Shown: positions 1 through 13,966 of the stretch, piece by piece
How positions within the stretch are numbered: the first letter of the stretch is position 1
How the letters are laid out: each line of letters starts with the position of its first letter
DNA from: Squalus acanthias
Taxonomy: Eukaryota
NCBI GenBank assembly: GCA_030390025.1
Contig: CM059436.1
Location: forward strand, 27,962,001-28,026,000
Length of the DNA stretch: 64,000 nt
Direction: 5' to 3'
The notes under the pieces: model-generated
Database searches by the model: none
The model's input: the letters and a program-made list of their open reading frames with translations, nothing else
What the model was told of the DNA's origin: nothing
Position numbers and translations under genes: made by a program

Positions 1-399
1 TGTTGCACAGCATAAGGGGAGGGGTGACTGAGAAATGTTTTATTAGTTTATGCTACAGTGAGGCACTGGTTCGTGTCTGAGCAGATACAAACTTTGAAAG
101 ACCCTAAAAACAGAGCTATTTTGTGTCACCGTCTTTGCTGCCCAAAAGCCTTTCGTAGTTTCAGTTTAATTATTTCCCAACTTCTATTTAGATAGGATTT
201 AATTCACTTTCAGGATTTCCTCGTGTTATCAGACATGTAAATGCTCGATTTTAGATTATTTAATTTAATCAAAGGTTAGTTAGTCTAATAGAGGAGACTG
301 TAATTATAGGTTTGTGTATTAAATACTATTGCAATGATCATAATTTATTAATAAAATAGCATTTCTGGCTGCTAAATTATGTAAAATGAGTTGTGGGCA

Positions 400-642
400 A
401 ATCAGCAATCTTCTCTGTTTCCTGATTGGCTAAGAGTCAGGAATTGAAAGGAGCACCGCCCCACGTGATCCCAGGTTCGCATATGCTGCGCCCCTGGGAT
501 CCGTGGGCCTCTACACTGCGCACAACTCTGCAGCATTTGAAAGCATCTTCACGAAGGGGGATTCGCACGAGGTAAGTGTGGATTTTGTTCAGATGTCAGT
601 GGCGTACTCCTTAGCTATGCTGCCGACCGTGAATTCAGGGCC
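400..642 (-). mobile_element. End of a Harbinger-type non-autonomous element (same family as 18759-19800, opposite orientation)
   Basis: Reverse complement of 591-642 matches the left TIR region at 18759-18810. CCCACGTGATCCCAGG...CCCCTGGGATC (460-502) matches 18895-18947 inverted. Left boundary not determined. Confidence 0.6.
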
Positions 643-687
643 AATGTTTTTTTCCAGAGTTTGCCAAGAGAAGCTGGAGGAATTATA

Positions 688-1037
688 GAGCTGAATTTTC
701 AGGGCTGAGTGGAAAGGGGGCAGTAACATCCCAAAAATGGTGGGCAATGACCTATCACCCCGTTGTCACCGTCGCTGTGACCAAGGCAATATTCACTGCG
801 GCCTTCCCGGAGTCAGGCAGTAGGTCCATTTAAAAATGGAAATTGGGACCTCCATTGCCATTTTTGGACTGAACTGGCCGGAGCGTGTGCCGCGCATGGT
901 ACAACCAGTATCAGCTGGTGGGCCAGCCGAAGAGGCAACTCCTGATGGTAAGTTCCTCTTTCTTTGGTGTGTTAATGGAAATGGAAATCGGGCAGTTTCT
1001 ATAACAGGTGGCCAATTCAACAAGTTGAAAATCTACC
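688..1037. mobile_element. Degenerate Harbinger-type MITE
   Basis: Imperfect TIRs GAGCTGAATTTTCAG / GTTGAAAATCTACC, in the same GGG...ATTTT style as other MITEs here, with a GC-richer interior. Confidence 0.45.
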
Positions 1038-1381
1038 ATGATCGGGGCAATTGTTAGACCCAAGCCACGCTCCCTCAGTAAAGCAGAAGGTATGAGTTAA
1101 TAAGAGACTCATCTGCTTACCAAAAAGGTGTTGGAGGGAAAAAAAGAGCCTAAACTGTAACAGGGAACTTCACTTTGCATCTAACACTAGATGATCTGGA
1201 AGGGCTTTGTCTGACATTGGGTACCAAATGTGGAAAAGTGTTTCCCCTCCCTTGATGAAAGTTAAAGTCTAATACATCCCACGTCTTCAAGAAGTGAGAA
1301 GCATTTCTCATTATGCACTGAGAAACAGTAAAGTATTTTTCACACGTGCGATATCCACTGCAGATTTAAACATTGTTCTTA

Positions 1382-1992
1382 GTCAGCTGTGGCTCAGTGG
1401 GTAGCACACTCGCCTTTGACTGAGAAGGTTGTGGGTTCAAGTCCCACTCCAGGGACTTGAGCATGTAAATCTAGACTGACACTCCAGTGCAGTGCTGAGG
1501 GAGCACTGCACTGTTGGAGGTGCTGTCTTTCGGATGAGAAGTTAAACCGAGGCCCCGTCTGCTCTTTCACAGTGGACATAAAAGATCCCATGGCACTATT
1601 TTGAAGAAGAGCAGGGGAGTTATCCCTGGTGTCCTGGCCAGTATTTATACCTCAACCAACATAACAAAAAAAACAGATTCGATAGCAAAATACTGCGGAT
1701 GCTGGAAATCTGAAATAACAACAGAAAATGCTGGAAAAACTCAGCAGGCCAGGCAGCATCCGTGGAGAGAGAAAGAGAGTTAACGTTTCAGGTCGATGAC
1801 CTTTCGTCAGATTAAACAGATTATCTGGTCATTATCACATTGCTGTTTGTGGGAGCTTGCTATGAGCAAATAAGCTGCAGTGTTTCCTACATTACAACAG
1901 TGATTACACTCCAAAAGTACTTCATTAGCTGTAAAGCGCTTTGAGACGTCGGTGGTCGTGAAAGGCGCTATATAAATGCAGGTCTTTCTTTC
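1382..1992 (+). mobile_element. tRNA-headed Deu-domain SINE (SacSINE1/AmnSINE-related) with L2-like tail; contains a nested insertion
   Basis: A box TGGCTCAGTGGG (1390-1401) and B box GGTTCAAGTCCC (1434-1445). Deu-like core AAAGATCCCATGGCACTATTTTGAAGAAGAGCAGGGG. Tail AAAGGCGCTATATAAATGCA followed by (CTTT)n, shared with the L2 3' ends in this window. Confidence 0.85.
1680..1813 (-). mobile_element. Short Penelope-like terminal-repeat element with hammerhead core, copy 1
   Basis: Flanked by the 9-bp duplication AAACAGATT (1671-1679, 1814-1822). The - strand reads CTGACGA-A-AGGTC-atc-GACCT-GAAAC-GTT-AACT. Confidence 0.75.
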
Positions 1993-4379
1993 ATCCGGTG
2001 TTTAAAAAAAGTATTCTGCCAAACGGTGGAAGACTTAATTTATCGATTTCTGTTTAGGTGTCTTCCACGCTTCTGATTCACGAGGTCTTCCTTACCCTGT
2101 GGGGGGAAGATCAGCATTGATTTTTATTCCACATTTGCCTCTCATTAAAACCAAACAAAATTATGCAAAACCAAAACACAAGAATTCGCTGCTCGTTTGA
2201 TTTTGAAATCTTCCTGACAAACAGCAGGTGGAGCTGCTGCTTTACTCCGTTCCCATGTTTGAATTTCAGGGAAGATGCAAGAAAGAGAAGTAAAGAAAAA
2301 TGAGCAACAAAAAGAGAGCTGGTGGAGAAAGGCCATCGATCGTGGTTTAGGCTACTCTGTGAAGCCGGATTATTAACGAGAAAATTACACAAACCGGCAA
2401 TGTCTTGGAATGAGAGCCAAAAATGCCATAAATACATGAAGTGATAAGAAGTCATATTTCCCTACGGATGTAAGTAACCAACTATGTATTATGCAAAGTA
2501 CCCGAACTCTAGTTAAATGGCTGCACTATTCACTAGCTTTGCGCTGCACTTTGCTTCACGGGTTAATGTGTACAAAACAATAAGGAATTGCAATATCGTG
2601 TTGTGTCTTAATGTAGAGTGACAGTTTTGGCACTGAATGCAAACTCACCGGAAAACATAGCACAATAATTACAATGCATATGTTTCTTCCGCTGCGATCG
2701 CGGATTACAAAATCGTTAACAAGCATACAGTAACACTTTTAGTAACGTTTTATTTCCCTCGAATTATTAACTAAATTGCCAACCAGAAATAAATTAAACT
2801 TACTTGTTTAAATGTATTCAACTTTTGGGATGGGTATCTTCATCGATAGCTAATCTCCTCCATTGCTGTATTAGGGAAATAAAGTACCAAGGAGTAAATA
2901 TGCTGTTAATTTACAGTTCAGAATAAATTCCCGGGCAGTCTGAAAACCAAACAAATGTCGTTAGCACTATTGTTCACTTTTGAAACCTCACTCCAAACTG
3001 GGAGATGTATCTTGCTTCCGAGCACGCAGCATCACCTGCACATCGTAATGTCATGAAATTGTTTTCTAATTGATTTTTGACATCATATTACTGTTATCAT
3101 TATTTAAAGAAAGCTGACGCCATAAAGGTAACGCCCGAAATGTCTAATTCAATTAAGATCAGAATCTCAAAACCCCAAACTCTAGGCAACGTAATACATT
3201 TCTCAGTTTCAGGAGAGTGGTAAGCAAATGGATGTGCACGATTCCACGCTGGCAATATCCCAGCAAACTATTGCGTCGGGACATTATATTAACCAGACAT
3301 TTGAAAACCTCAATACCAAACATGTGCATAAAGATAATCCACTAAGCAGAAAATACAGTTTAATTTGTTAACGCTTTAGAATGTGTGTGCATACTATATA
3401 TAATGCAAGTTATAGGTATAGCAGATGTATTTTATATTTAATATTCAATACATTTAGCATTTTTGATAACGTTTCAATTACATTTTTTTAATATTTTAAT
3501 TTTCTAGTGCAGAATCCCTACAGATATCTTATAATACAATGAAAAGTAATTTGGAATTTTCTTATTCTGATTCTAAAAAAGTTGGTTTTCTCATACTTGC
3601 CTAATATCTGCTTTTTCTAATTTCCCGTGCCCTGGATAATTACTGAAACTCACCTTTCTTGAGATAGTACCAGCTATCTATCTTAAATTAGTTTAGTTTT
3701 CTACCGTTCTTGACGCAACTCATGTAACCGAATAATGCTAGAAAACTTACGATATTTCATTAAACGTCCACGAATGCCACTTATGTTCATGAGGTAAAGT
3801 GTAAAATGTTCTAATGTGCTTCGGGCTGTGACCTACCTGTTCCGGTTCTAGGTTACCAGTCCATGTTTGGTCCAGAGATAGTGCTTTCCAAATGATAATC
3901 TGATTATCTTTCAGCGTTACCATTTTATGCAGGAGGTTCTGCAATTTTTTAGACTTTTAACACACGGTAATTTCAAATTCTGAATTATTTGCATTAACTA
4001 AACCCAGCCGCGGTTGGCTTTCCCTGGTTCCATTGTTAGGCATCTATTTCCCTTTGGGAGTAAGCATGAGCTCGCTCGAGCAGCTTCTATTAAACGATTC
4101 CACGTCAGACTGCCTCAACACTACATATCTTCATTTTCTGTGACTGGTCATTGATAAATACTTTTCTGAATAGTTCACTACTGTAACCTCTGCCCTGACT
4201 ATTCTCCCTTACTAACCGCAATACAAGACCCGTCCATTCGGACTCGCTTCTGCCTATTAATCGGAAATGAGGCAAATCGAACAAAGGCTAGGTAAAGTCT
4301 TGATCATATTAAATGTACTCTTTCTCTTTGGTGAAAAAAAGTTCAATGTTTAACCCAATCGGTAGGACTGGCATTCGTT

Positions 4380-4550
4380 CCAATAACAACTTGCATTTAT
4401 ATAGCGCCTTTAACATAGTAACACGTCCAAAGGAGCAAAGTCAGATAAACATTGACTCGGAAACAAAGGAGGAGATATTAGGACAGGTGAGCAAAAGCTT
4501 GGTCTAAGAGGTAGGTTTTAAGGAACATCTCAAAGGACGCGAGGTGGGGA
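4380..4550 (-). mobile_element. L2 LINE 3' end fragment
   Basis: ACAACTTGCATTTATATAGCGCCTTTAAC is the reverse complement of the L2 tail at ~14935-14965; the following sequence resembles 57380-57550. Confidence 0.75.
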
Positions 4551-7500
4551 TAGAATGAGGTGAATTATATTACAGATTCGAACAACTGGATAGCTTTAGA
4601 AAGTTAACTGTTTCGCACTCGGCTATTATTATTGCAAGATCACCTGGCCTAACTAGTTTCACTGATTTCCACCCGTCCCGCAAAAGATTTCCCCTCTATT
4701 CTCCCCCTACACGCGCCTGTGTTATTTCAAACACGGGGAGGGGAAAGCACCGTAGTGACAACATGGCACGGAGCACATGGTACATCCTGCTCCGGAATGG
4801 GAATCATCCCAATCTCTGAGACAGATGCGCATCCGCTAAGAAGCTCGAATTTACAAAACACGTACAAATCTATTGAATTGAGATCTTTCGCTGTTTTATT
4901 TTTATTGGCGCAGTTGGGTGAAGACCAAAATGTAAAAACTGAAAAAAATGTGGGTATATATATATATATATGCATATCTTTCAACTTTGGACTTACGTGA
5001 TGGCTGCAGCCATAAATTGGAAGGACAATCGCTTCTACATACCCAGTAGGAAATAGTTTCCTTCAACCTTACTCACACAAATGACCACTCAAATCTCAAA
5101 CACTGACAGAGGAGACTTCTCCCCCGTCAATAGCAATACTTCGTTTTTTTTAAGTATTTATTAAATAGTACGTGGGCAAGAGTCAGTGTTTTCTCCTGAA
5201 CACTAATTTTGTTAACACTAATCAGTAGATGGCATTCCAAAATGAACACGTGGGGGAAAGATTGACTTCCACATAAACTTCCTATTTCTTCCATTTGCTT
5301 ACAAACCATTGTGCAGTGGTGAACACTTGATTTACTTGATGATTCGTGCACAGGTCACTAGAAGTGATAGATCTGGGAGTTGTGTTACCTGAAGTGTCTA
5401 AAGCCTTGAGGGACGGCTCCCATCGTTTTTTCAATGGGGTGCTGTCACACAAGGGATTGGCATTGTGTCCCACCTCGCACACGCCATCTTGAATGTACCA
5501 GGACTATGTGATATCAACATGGATCCCATGTGGGGATTCTATGCAGATCTATTTCAGACTGTTGAGTACACAGGGTGCTTTCTGTCTGCTTCCGGTAAAG
5601 GAAAGTTTAAATAACAGTGCGGTATCCGACATCAGGAATATTCTATTAGAATCTCAGCTGCAAATGACATTTAAAAATAACTTTAAAAATCTCTAACCCT
5701 GGTTTTATTTGTCAAAATAATTTCCATTGCTATTGAATTTAGGTATGCATCCACTTAGTTACAGACCCATGTATCAAATTAACGATATCGCATTAAATAA
5801 AACTAGATCAGAAACAAAATTCATTGAAAATAGTAGTTTGCTGCGCACTTAAATACCCTTCCACATGGGAAGAGTTGATTTTAAAGAACAAGCGGCTGTA
5901 AACATGCGTTTAACTTGCTCTTTTGAGAATGCTTTTGAATAACTGTAGGCGATGGGTTTTGCCTGGTGTGGGATTGTAATTGGTGTGGGATTTTAAGCAT
6001 ATATGGGTGTTTCTTGATGGCTGATGTGCGATCACAATTTCAGTACCTTCTAAAAAAATATTTTTTTTTTTAATTGGGAAACCTGGGAGAAGAGCCAAGT
6101 CTCATATTCCAAGACACCGGTTGAAAGGGGTAAGACAGAAGATGAACTAAGTCAAAAAGTACTGGTCGCCTTTTGTAACACCTTTTGACCGATAATGTTA
6201 CGACCGCGTGAACTTTCAGAACATTCTTCAAAAATGTGGACTTGAGAGATCTGTCCTGGGAAGGGCATTGTGTGTTGGCGGAGAGTGTGCGCATGATCTC
6301 CAGATAACTCTGTCCAAGAATGGACCGACCAGCTTGAATCGACAGGCAGTGATTTGTTGCAAGTCCTTAAGCCCTTGTTAAACAAGCAAACACTTCAATG
6401 GACTGGTATGATGAGAGCATGGTTAATAACAATATTAACCTTAAAATCTACGTGCAGCTTTTTCTCATGATTTGTAATATAGTTAGTGTAAGTCTGGGCT
6501 TCTGAATGTTTCTCTTATGGCCAAAAATTCATCAGCAATTAGCTGAACAAGACCAGCGAAATCGGAAACATGAGAATTTAGACTATGGAATAAACACAGC
6601 GTTTGAACAAATAATAAAAACAATCGACGATGATATGCTCTGAGTCTATTCTGTTCACATTGTTATCTAAAGTGTCATTTGAAAAGTATTTTCCATTTGG
6701 AAATAGGAAAAAGGTGACATCACACTTGTTGGATCTGCTATTGAGCTTTGAGTGGCCAAAGAAAACAGCCCCCATTATAAATTAGGACTGCGCCATCCCA
6801 TTCCTTCTACAGCATATACACCACGTGAAATACTTTAGCTCGGGTCAGATAATGTCGACTCTGAGCCTTTTGTCCCGTTCTCCCATCACTCAGTCATATT
6901 CTTTATGAACCTAGCTAAATGAGTCTCAGCCATCCCAACAACCCCGCGTTATATAGTGCGCTGTGTTTTCTGCTGTGGCTCTGTATTTGTCATATCAGTT
7001 CCCAATTCCCCATGGTAATTAATGATACAAAAAAGTATGAACATTAAAATAATGTTCAAAGCCTCTACCTGACCGACCACCCACTTCTGCGAAAGCGATC
7101 CATGCTTTCACGGTTTTATGAAGCACAGAATAACGCTCCGAGCCACCCAGACACATATAAATACATATGGCAATGGCCGTTAAATGCTCATTTATATCGT
7201 TGAGGAAACTTGAATCGAGATTTGAAACTCCTGTTACCTGTCAGCGGTTTTGCCACGAAGCACCAAACACTTTTATTGTTGGTCCAGTTTCCAGCTCTTT
7301 GGAGTGAGCAGCTGAAAGTAATATGAAATCAACGTTTAGCGCGGCACTGGCAGGCCTCTCCCCCTCTGTACCAGATTGCATAGAGCCAAGTACATTATCT
7401 GTGCAACTGAGGTTCATTTGATGCAATCACATTGTCTCAACGGAAATGCTTGATATCGTGTTTGGGAAGCTGCCTCTCATGTAAGTTTGATGCCGTTCTC

Positions 7501-10500
7501 CATTATGTCCATTTCTGTAAAGTCACGTCTGCCCTGGGTAATGCAGTGGCCTTTCTGGCGCATAAAGCCGTGAAGAGGCAATCTAATGCACAAGTACAAT
7601 GGCAATATTTTTTTCGGGTTGTTCTGTAATAAATCACACCAGCTTCATTACATACTGGAAAAGACAGATGAAAAATGCACCGTGGGTCACTGGACCTTGT
7701 GACCCCCACACCCTACCCCCAGTTATATCGAAGTTCCACAGCGGCAGGGAGGTATGATAATAAATGCTAATTATTCCGGTCCCGATGATCAAAATACAAC
7801 GTTTTCTTTCGGTTTTGATTTATTATTGATACAGCAAATGTAAAAAGGCGCGAATATGTCCCGGTACAGCTATTTTTAAATGTCAATACTCTCTCTTGCT
7901 GTAACTGGTCAGAAATGGTTAGACATCACACAAAACTGTTGATTCTTCTGATGCGAAAAGGCAATAAATTTGGTCTGGATGGTGCCGCCAGGCTTGTTCT
8001 ATTATCTAAAGCCAGATAACTTTCCAGAACCCCAGCCATTAATGAAAAACATCGCACTTCGCACAAGGAAATAAATGCTTTTCATGTGAAACACAGCAAC
8101 GTTCCAATGAGCTAAAAGCTAAACTTTTTTCACCCGGTTTTAATTTGACAACGTTGTAATTCAATCGTTGAAAGTTGTTTCAATGTGTACTGTTGTGTTA
8201 TAACCGAGGGGCCTTGCAACACGAGAGATGGACGAATGGACTTACAATATGAGAAGTGAAATCTGTCATCACGGTCAGTCAGGTTGTCTCTAGGCAAGGC
8301 ACCTCTCCTCTCTCTTAGAGGTGCCTAGTTACAGCAAATAAACAGAACAGCGGCACTCTCTGCCGCTATATGCTTTCAGAAGATAACGAGGTCTTCCACT
8401 CCATTTTATACACGGTTCCAGTTTTTCAAATCTGTTACCGTCATATAAAAATCTCTCTCTCTCTCTCTCGCTGTCCCTCCCGGGATATTAACTTGGAAAC
8501 ACTGGGAAACCAGTACTAGTTCCAGACATTTCCCAGCAGGGACTTGCGAGTGTATACTTTTTTGACAGTTCCCTTAGTTCTAAAATTCATATTTTAACTG
8601 GTATTTGGAGGCCTTTACAGAGCTGATGTTAATTACACTGAAACATAACAATTCAAACTACAGTTACATATCAAATATCTTCCTCCCCTCCCCCGCAACA
8701 GACACCTCCAAGGTTACATGGCATTTATTTTAGTTGAACAGCACAGTGGGGGGTTTGGTGTAATATAATGGAGCTGTGTCTGTTCTCGCAGAGTACATGG
8801 AAAAAACACACAGAAACAACCAGTTACAACCGAACTGAACTCCATACAAGGACTCGATATTAAACATGCTTTAAATAATTACCAATAAAAAATATCTACA
8901 AATGAAAGGTTACTACAGCTCGCGGAGAACACGCAGGTCAAATGATTCCTGCGCTACATTCACACAGCGAGTTCACTGTGGTATTACCTCAGTTCCCCAG
9001 CTAGGGCAAATTGGTTCGAGGTTCATTAACTTGTTAAATTCATCCATTTACATTGCTTGTCCTCTGAGTGCTGAAAGTTTTCCGTTTTTAACGCACGCTC
9101 ACATTTTTTCGCATTTATCTGCGAGAATGATTTTTTTCAAATTTCTAGTTTTCAGTAAAGAAATAGGAAAGTGCACAGATCTAAAAAAAAGTTTATTTCT
9201 TTGGACTTGAATGCCTAATAGCTTTCAGAATGGTGTAACATGTAATTTTATTTTCAGTACAGGACTTCAGAGTGTTAACTACCCACAGCTTAAAAGATGC
9301 CTTTCGCTGCATTCACACAGGCGGCTCACTGCATGAAATTACTTTTTGTTTCCAGGCTAAGGCCGAATTGATTCCAAGTTGCAGAATTAGTGCATATAGA
9401 GTATGGTGCGATTTTTATTTTAAGTTCAAAATGTCGATGACAGAGCTAGATCTAGGGCACAAACAATCGCCTCGATTGTTCACCGAGGAGCCGATTGTAC
9501 CACCCTTCCTCGTTTGTGACACCTTTTCCCACGGGCACCTTTCACAGCAGCCCCAGAAGCCGCTTCTCTTTTGTCCATTTTCTGGCGAGTGTACAATGCG
9601 GAGGGTTAGAGTTACACGAGTTTGTCTGTAATGGATATTTGCCACTGAACCAACTGAATTCCTGGAGATCAGACAGCACTTACATAGCTCGTTCTACCTG
9701 TTTAGCTTGAATTGAAACAAATGAAAGTTTCCCCCCCCCCACCCCTCAGAGAGAACAGGCAGAATTCTTTGTTCTTGCCCGAAGTAGTGTTACAGTAGAA
9801 GTGACGACCTTTTCCAAGCGTGACTCAAGAGGTGACCTGATCTTTCTGGGAAAAGGAGAGCTTCAAAACGCGTTGACTGTGGGCACTCGAAAGTGCAAAT
9901 TCCAGACAAAAGGTTTCATAAAATGCCAGTCAGCCACATCAATATAAACAGAGAAGCCCAAAGTTATTCCAAATATTAGAATATCGCTTTGTTCACTTTA
10001 ATGCACACTTTAGTCCCAATGTCAGAGCGGTTGCCTTTGCAGATCTTTTTTTTTAATCGTCACTTTGCGCAAAAAAAACAAGCATGGGTGATTTAAGGTT
10101 TTACGTGGTCCGAGGAAAACACAGACGTGTATGTGAGTTTAGAAAACATTTGGAATAAAAGGGACTCGCTGCCATTGCCAGACCGCACGGGGCTGGAAAG
10201 GCTACTGAGACCACTTTTCAGGAACTTCTGCTGTGAGATTTAGTGAAAACTTTGTGACAGTGGTCGGTCCTTACGGACCAGAGAAAAGGTCACTTTCGAC
10301 AGGCGACCAAGAACCAAGAAGGCAACTTTGTCAATAAATATCTTGCTCTCCGGCGGAATTGAGTGAGTGCTGAGGGATTCGGTCTCCCTCAGAATTATAG
10401 TTGAACGTCATGTAACACCTGGATTTATGGTTCGCGTTCTTTACAAATAGTGACATATATGGAGATCATTGACACGATGGCTGATTTCAGACACGGAAAG

Positions 10501-10959
10501 ACGCTATTATTATCCGTCGAGTGTGTTTTATCAATTACCGGTACTTCTTGTCACTCGCCGTAGTCTGTTCTGTTAAAATATCCAAAAGTATTTTAAAGTG
10601 TTGCCAGCAACAGTTTAAGGTTACGGCTTGCAAGGACTTTAGCAGGTGAAAAGTGTCAAAAAATGTCACACAGCAGACTCCGGAAATGATTGGACTGTGA
10701 TGCTACAGAATAAACCTTTTACATCTGGTTTGCTAATCTGTTGAACGCATAAAAAACCTGAAAGATGCGGTTCATGTGATATTCTTCATGCTCATGGCGA
10801 GTTTCAACAGTGGATTCTTCACCCGTTATTTTGGACGAGTCTCCGTTTTCTTTATTAAAAGAACAAGTCTCCCATTCTGTCCAGTTGCTGTTATATATTT
10901 GTCATACCTCCGCAATGAAATCATTGTCTGGATTCAAAAATATGATTTTGCCTTAATGC

Positions 10960-11470
10960 TGTGTGTGTGAGAAAGAAAATAAGAAAATGCGTGCACGTGT
11001 GTGAACACGTATGGGACAGAGAGTGTGTGTGAGAGAATGAGTGTGTGTCTGTGTGTATGGGAGAGGAAGTGTGTGAATGAGGGGTGCATTTGTGTGAGAG
11101 AGAATGTATGTGTAAGAGAGAAAAATTGTGAGAGAGAAATGTATGTGTGAGAGAGAAAATGTGTGTGTGAGTGACAATGTGAGAGGGAGTGTATAAGAGA
11201 TATATATAGAGAAAATATGTGTGAGAATGTGTGTTTGATTGAGAAATGTATGTGTGAGAGAGAGAATGTGTGTAAGAGTGAAAATGTATGTGAGAGAGAA
11301 TATGAGAATGTATGTGTGTAAGAGAAATGTGTGTGTGAGATAAACTATGTGAGATAATTAATGTGGGTGCGTGAGAGAGAAATGTATGTATTTGAAGCAG
11401 CGTATTGTATGTGTTTAAGGGAATGTGTATGTATACATGTACGTGTGAGCTTTTAACCCTGGGTGTGTGA
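10960..11470. repeat. Degenerate (GT)/(GA) low-complexity microsatellite tract
   Basis: Interspersed TGTGTG and GAGAGA units over ~500 bp. Similar tracts occur at 18690-18750, 19805-19920 and 21110-21300. Confidence 0.85.
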
Positions 11471-11489
11471 GGCAGAAATACTAAGAGAG

Positions 11490-13418
11490 CAACATAGTAC
11501 CAGTTTCAGGCAGGAGAGGACCCAGGGTTCGAATCCGGCCTCGGATGACTGTCTGTGTGGAGTTTGCACATTCTCCCCGTGTCTGCGTGGGTTTCCTCCG
11601 GGTGCTCCGGTTTCCTCCCACAGTCCAAAGATGTGCGGGTTAGGTTGATTTGGCTATGATAAATTGACCCTTAGTGTTAGGGGGGATTAAATACGTGGGG
11701 TTACGGGGATAGGGTGGGATATGTGTCGGTGCAGGCTCGATGGGCCGAAATGGCCTCTATCTGCACTGTGGGGATTCTGTGATTCTGTGAGGACCTTCCG
11801 TCCATCTAGCTCACTTACACATGGTATTCTCTTGGTGCATTTCTAAACATTCTGAATCTCATTTGTTGGCAGTTTTGAAACCCATCAAGGTTTCTTGTTC
11901 CACCACCCATGCCGGTAATCTGTTCCACATAGTAAAAAAGTTCCTCCTGCATTTCCAATTTTCTTTCATTATCCTTAATTTGTAAATATGACCCCTTGTG
12001 CTTAAATTCTGTATACAGCAAAAATGCTTACTTGGATCCAATTTGTCCAAACCTTTCAAAATTTTAAACACATCTGTAACCTCCCCTTTCAGTATTCTCC
12101 TTTCAAGAGAGAAAAGTCAGAGGGGTAGTCAATCTTTCCTCATGCGTCATTCCCTTAAGTTCTGGGATCAACTGTATAGGTCCCTCTGTACCCCATCCAA
12201 TAACTGAATATCCTTTTGAAATAGTGAGATCAAAACTGTATGCAGTATTCCAGATGTGGTCTCGCCAGGGCCAAATACAGTTTTAAAATGAACTTTCTGG
12301 ATTTAAATGTTTATCCCTTGCTATGCATCTCAACATTCTGGTTTTTTTTACAGTCTAAGAACATTATGCTGATGGTTTTAGTGAGCTGTCCGCTAAAACC
12401 CAAAGATCCCTCTCCTGCTTCAAGTACATTCCCATTTAGCACATAATCCACATCAACCTTTCCTCTGCCAAATCTCATAATCTTACATTTCCCTGTATTA
12501 AAATGATTCTTCCATTTCTCTGCCCACTGATCAAGCTTGTCAAAATTCTTTTGAATGTGTGCGCACTGATTTTCATCATTTGACTCTACTCCCAATTTGG
12601 TATTGTCTGCAAATTTGGACACATTGGACACAATTTTTTCCTCTAAATCATTTACTAAATTATAAACACCCAAATCGATCCAACACTGAACCTTGTGGCA
12701 CTCCACTGGTAATTCCACTCCACTGTGAACCAAATATCTCCCCATGGACTGTTACTCATTGTCTACCAACTAACCATTTGCCAATCTATTTTAATACATT
12801 CTCATCTATCCCATAGTTTTGGACCTTATGTAGTAGCCCATTATGTGGGACAGTATCAAATGCCTTCCTGAAATTCACTATCTCTCCCCTATTTACTAGG
12901 CCTGTCATCTCCTCAAAGAAATCCAGTAAATTATTCAAGCGTGCCCTCCCACTCCTACAACCATGCAGACTGTCTCAGATCAGCTCATGCCTCGCAAGAT
13001 GCTCCCTTATATCATCCTTCATGATTCTTTCAAACACTTTCCGAGCAGTGGAAGTAAGGCTTACAAGTCTATAATGTAATGGCTCATCCCTTTTTGAAGC
13101 TGGGGGGTCACATTTGCTATTTTCCAATCCTTTGGGATTTGGCTTGAGTCCAGTGAACTCTCAAAACTATCCACAAGAAAATTCACAATCATTTGAGACA
13201 ATTTCTTCAGAACCTTGGAATGAAGGTTGTCCATGCAAGGAGCCTTGTGTACCTTGAGCTTTCACAATCTACCAATATATCTACTCCTGCAATTTTTTAT
13301 TTTTTCAGTCTAACTTCACCTTTAAAATGTAACCCTATTTCTGGTATTTCTCTCCCATTTCTTCTCTGAACACTGTTGGAAAATAACAGTCCTGTACTTT
13401 AGCAATTTCTCTGTCTTA
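11490..13418 (-). mobile_element. Old CR1 LINE ORF2 (reverse transcriptase) fragment, interrupted by the V-SINE
   Basis: Broken-frame translations NDLEEKIVSNVSKFADNTKLG (CR1 KFADDTKL motif), FNTGKCKIM, FKILKGLDKLD and RGHIYKL. Confidence 0.85.
11523..11788 (+). mobile_element. 5'-truncated V-SINE (HE1-type) with CR1-derived tail
   Basis: B box GGTTCGAATCC; V-domain TGTGTGGAGTTTGCACATTCTCCCCGTGTCTGCGTGGGTTTCCTCCGGGTGCTCCGGTTTCCTCCCACAGTCCAAAG; tail GGGCCGAAATGGCCT...(GATTCTGT)2; 7-bp duplication GAGGACC at 11516-11522 and 11789-11795. Confidence 0.85.
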
Positions 13419-13750
13419 GGGTAGATACAGAGAACTATTTCCTCTGGTGAGGAAACCCAGAACAAGGGGGCACAATCTTAAAATTACAGCTAGGCCAGTT
13501 AGGAGTGAAATCAGGAAGCATTTTTTCCACACAAAAGATAGTAGAAATCTGGAAATCTCTTTCCCCCAAAAGGCTGTGGATGCTGGGTCAATTCAAATGT
13601 TCAAGACTGAGATGGCTAGGTTTTTATTAGGTAAGGGTATCAAGGGATATGGATCAACGGTGGGTAAATGAAGTTGAGATGAAGATCAGCCATGATCAAT
13701 TGAAACAGAATTGAGGAGCTGAATGGCCTACTCCTGTTCCAATGTTCATA
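13419..13750 (+). mobile_element. CR1 LINE 3' end
   Basis: RTRGHNLKI...RKHFF...FLLGKGIKGYG C-terminus and tail GCTGAATGGCCTACTCCTGTTCC. Confidence 0.85.
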
Positions 13751-13966
13751 TGCTTAAATAGCTCAGGCAAATCACAGCAATGGGACTACCGTTGGGCCAT
13801 TGAAACAAAGGTTCAAGTGCTTGGATAGGTCTGGGGGTACCCTGCAATATGCCCCACTCAACCTATGTTGCAGCAATGTACTGTGCTGCATGTTGCACAA
13901 CATGGCAATACAGGGAGGGTTGCAGTTGGAGGAGGCAGAAGAGTCATCATCTGATGAATCTGTCTG

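Noticed and set aside
1382-1460. tRNA gene (also 11523-11545, 31980-32025 and 39200-39275)
   Set aside because: A/B boxes are followed by SINE bodies and tails with no complete cloverleaf, so these are SINE heads.
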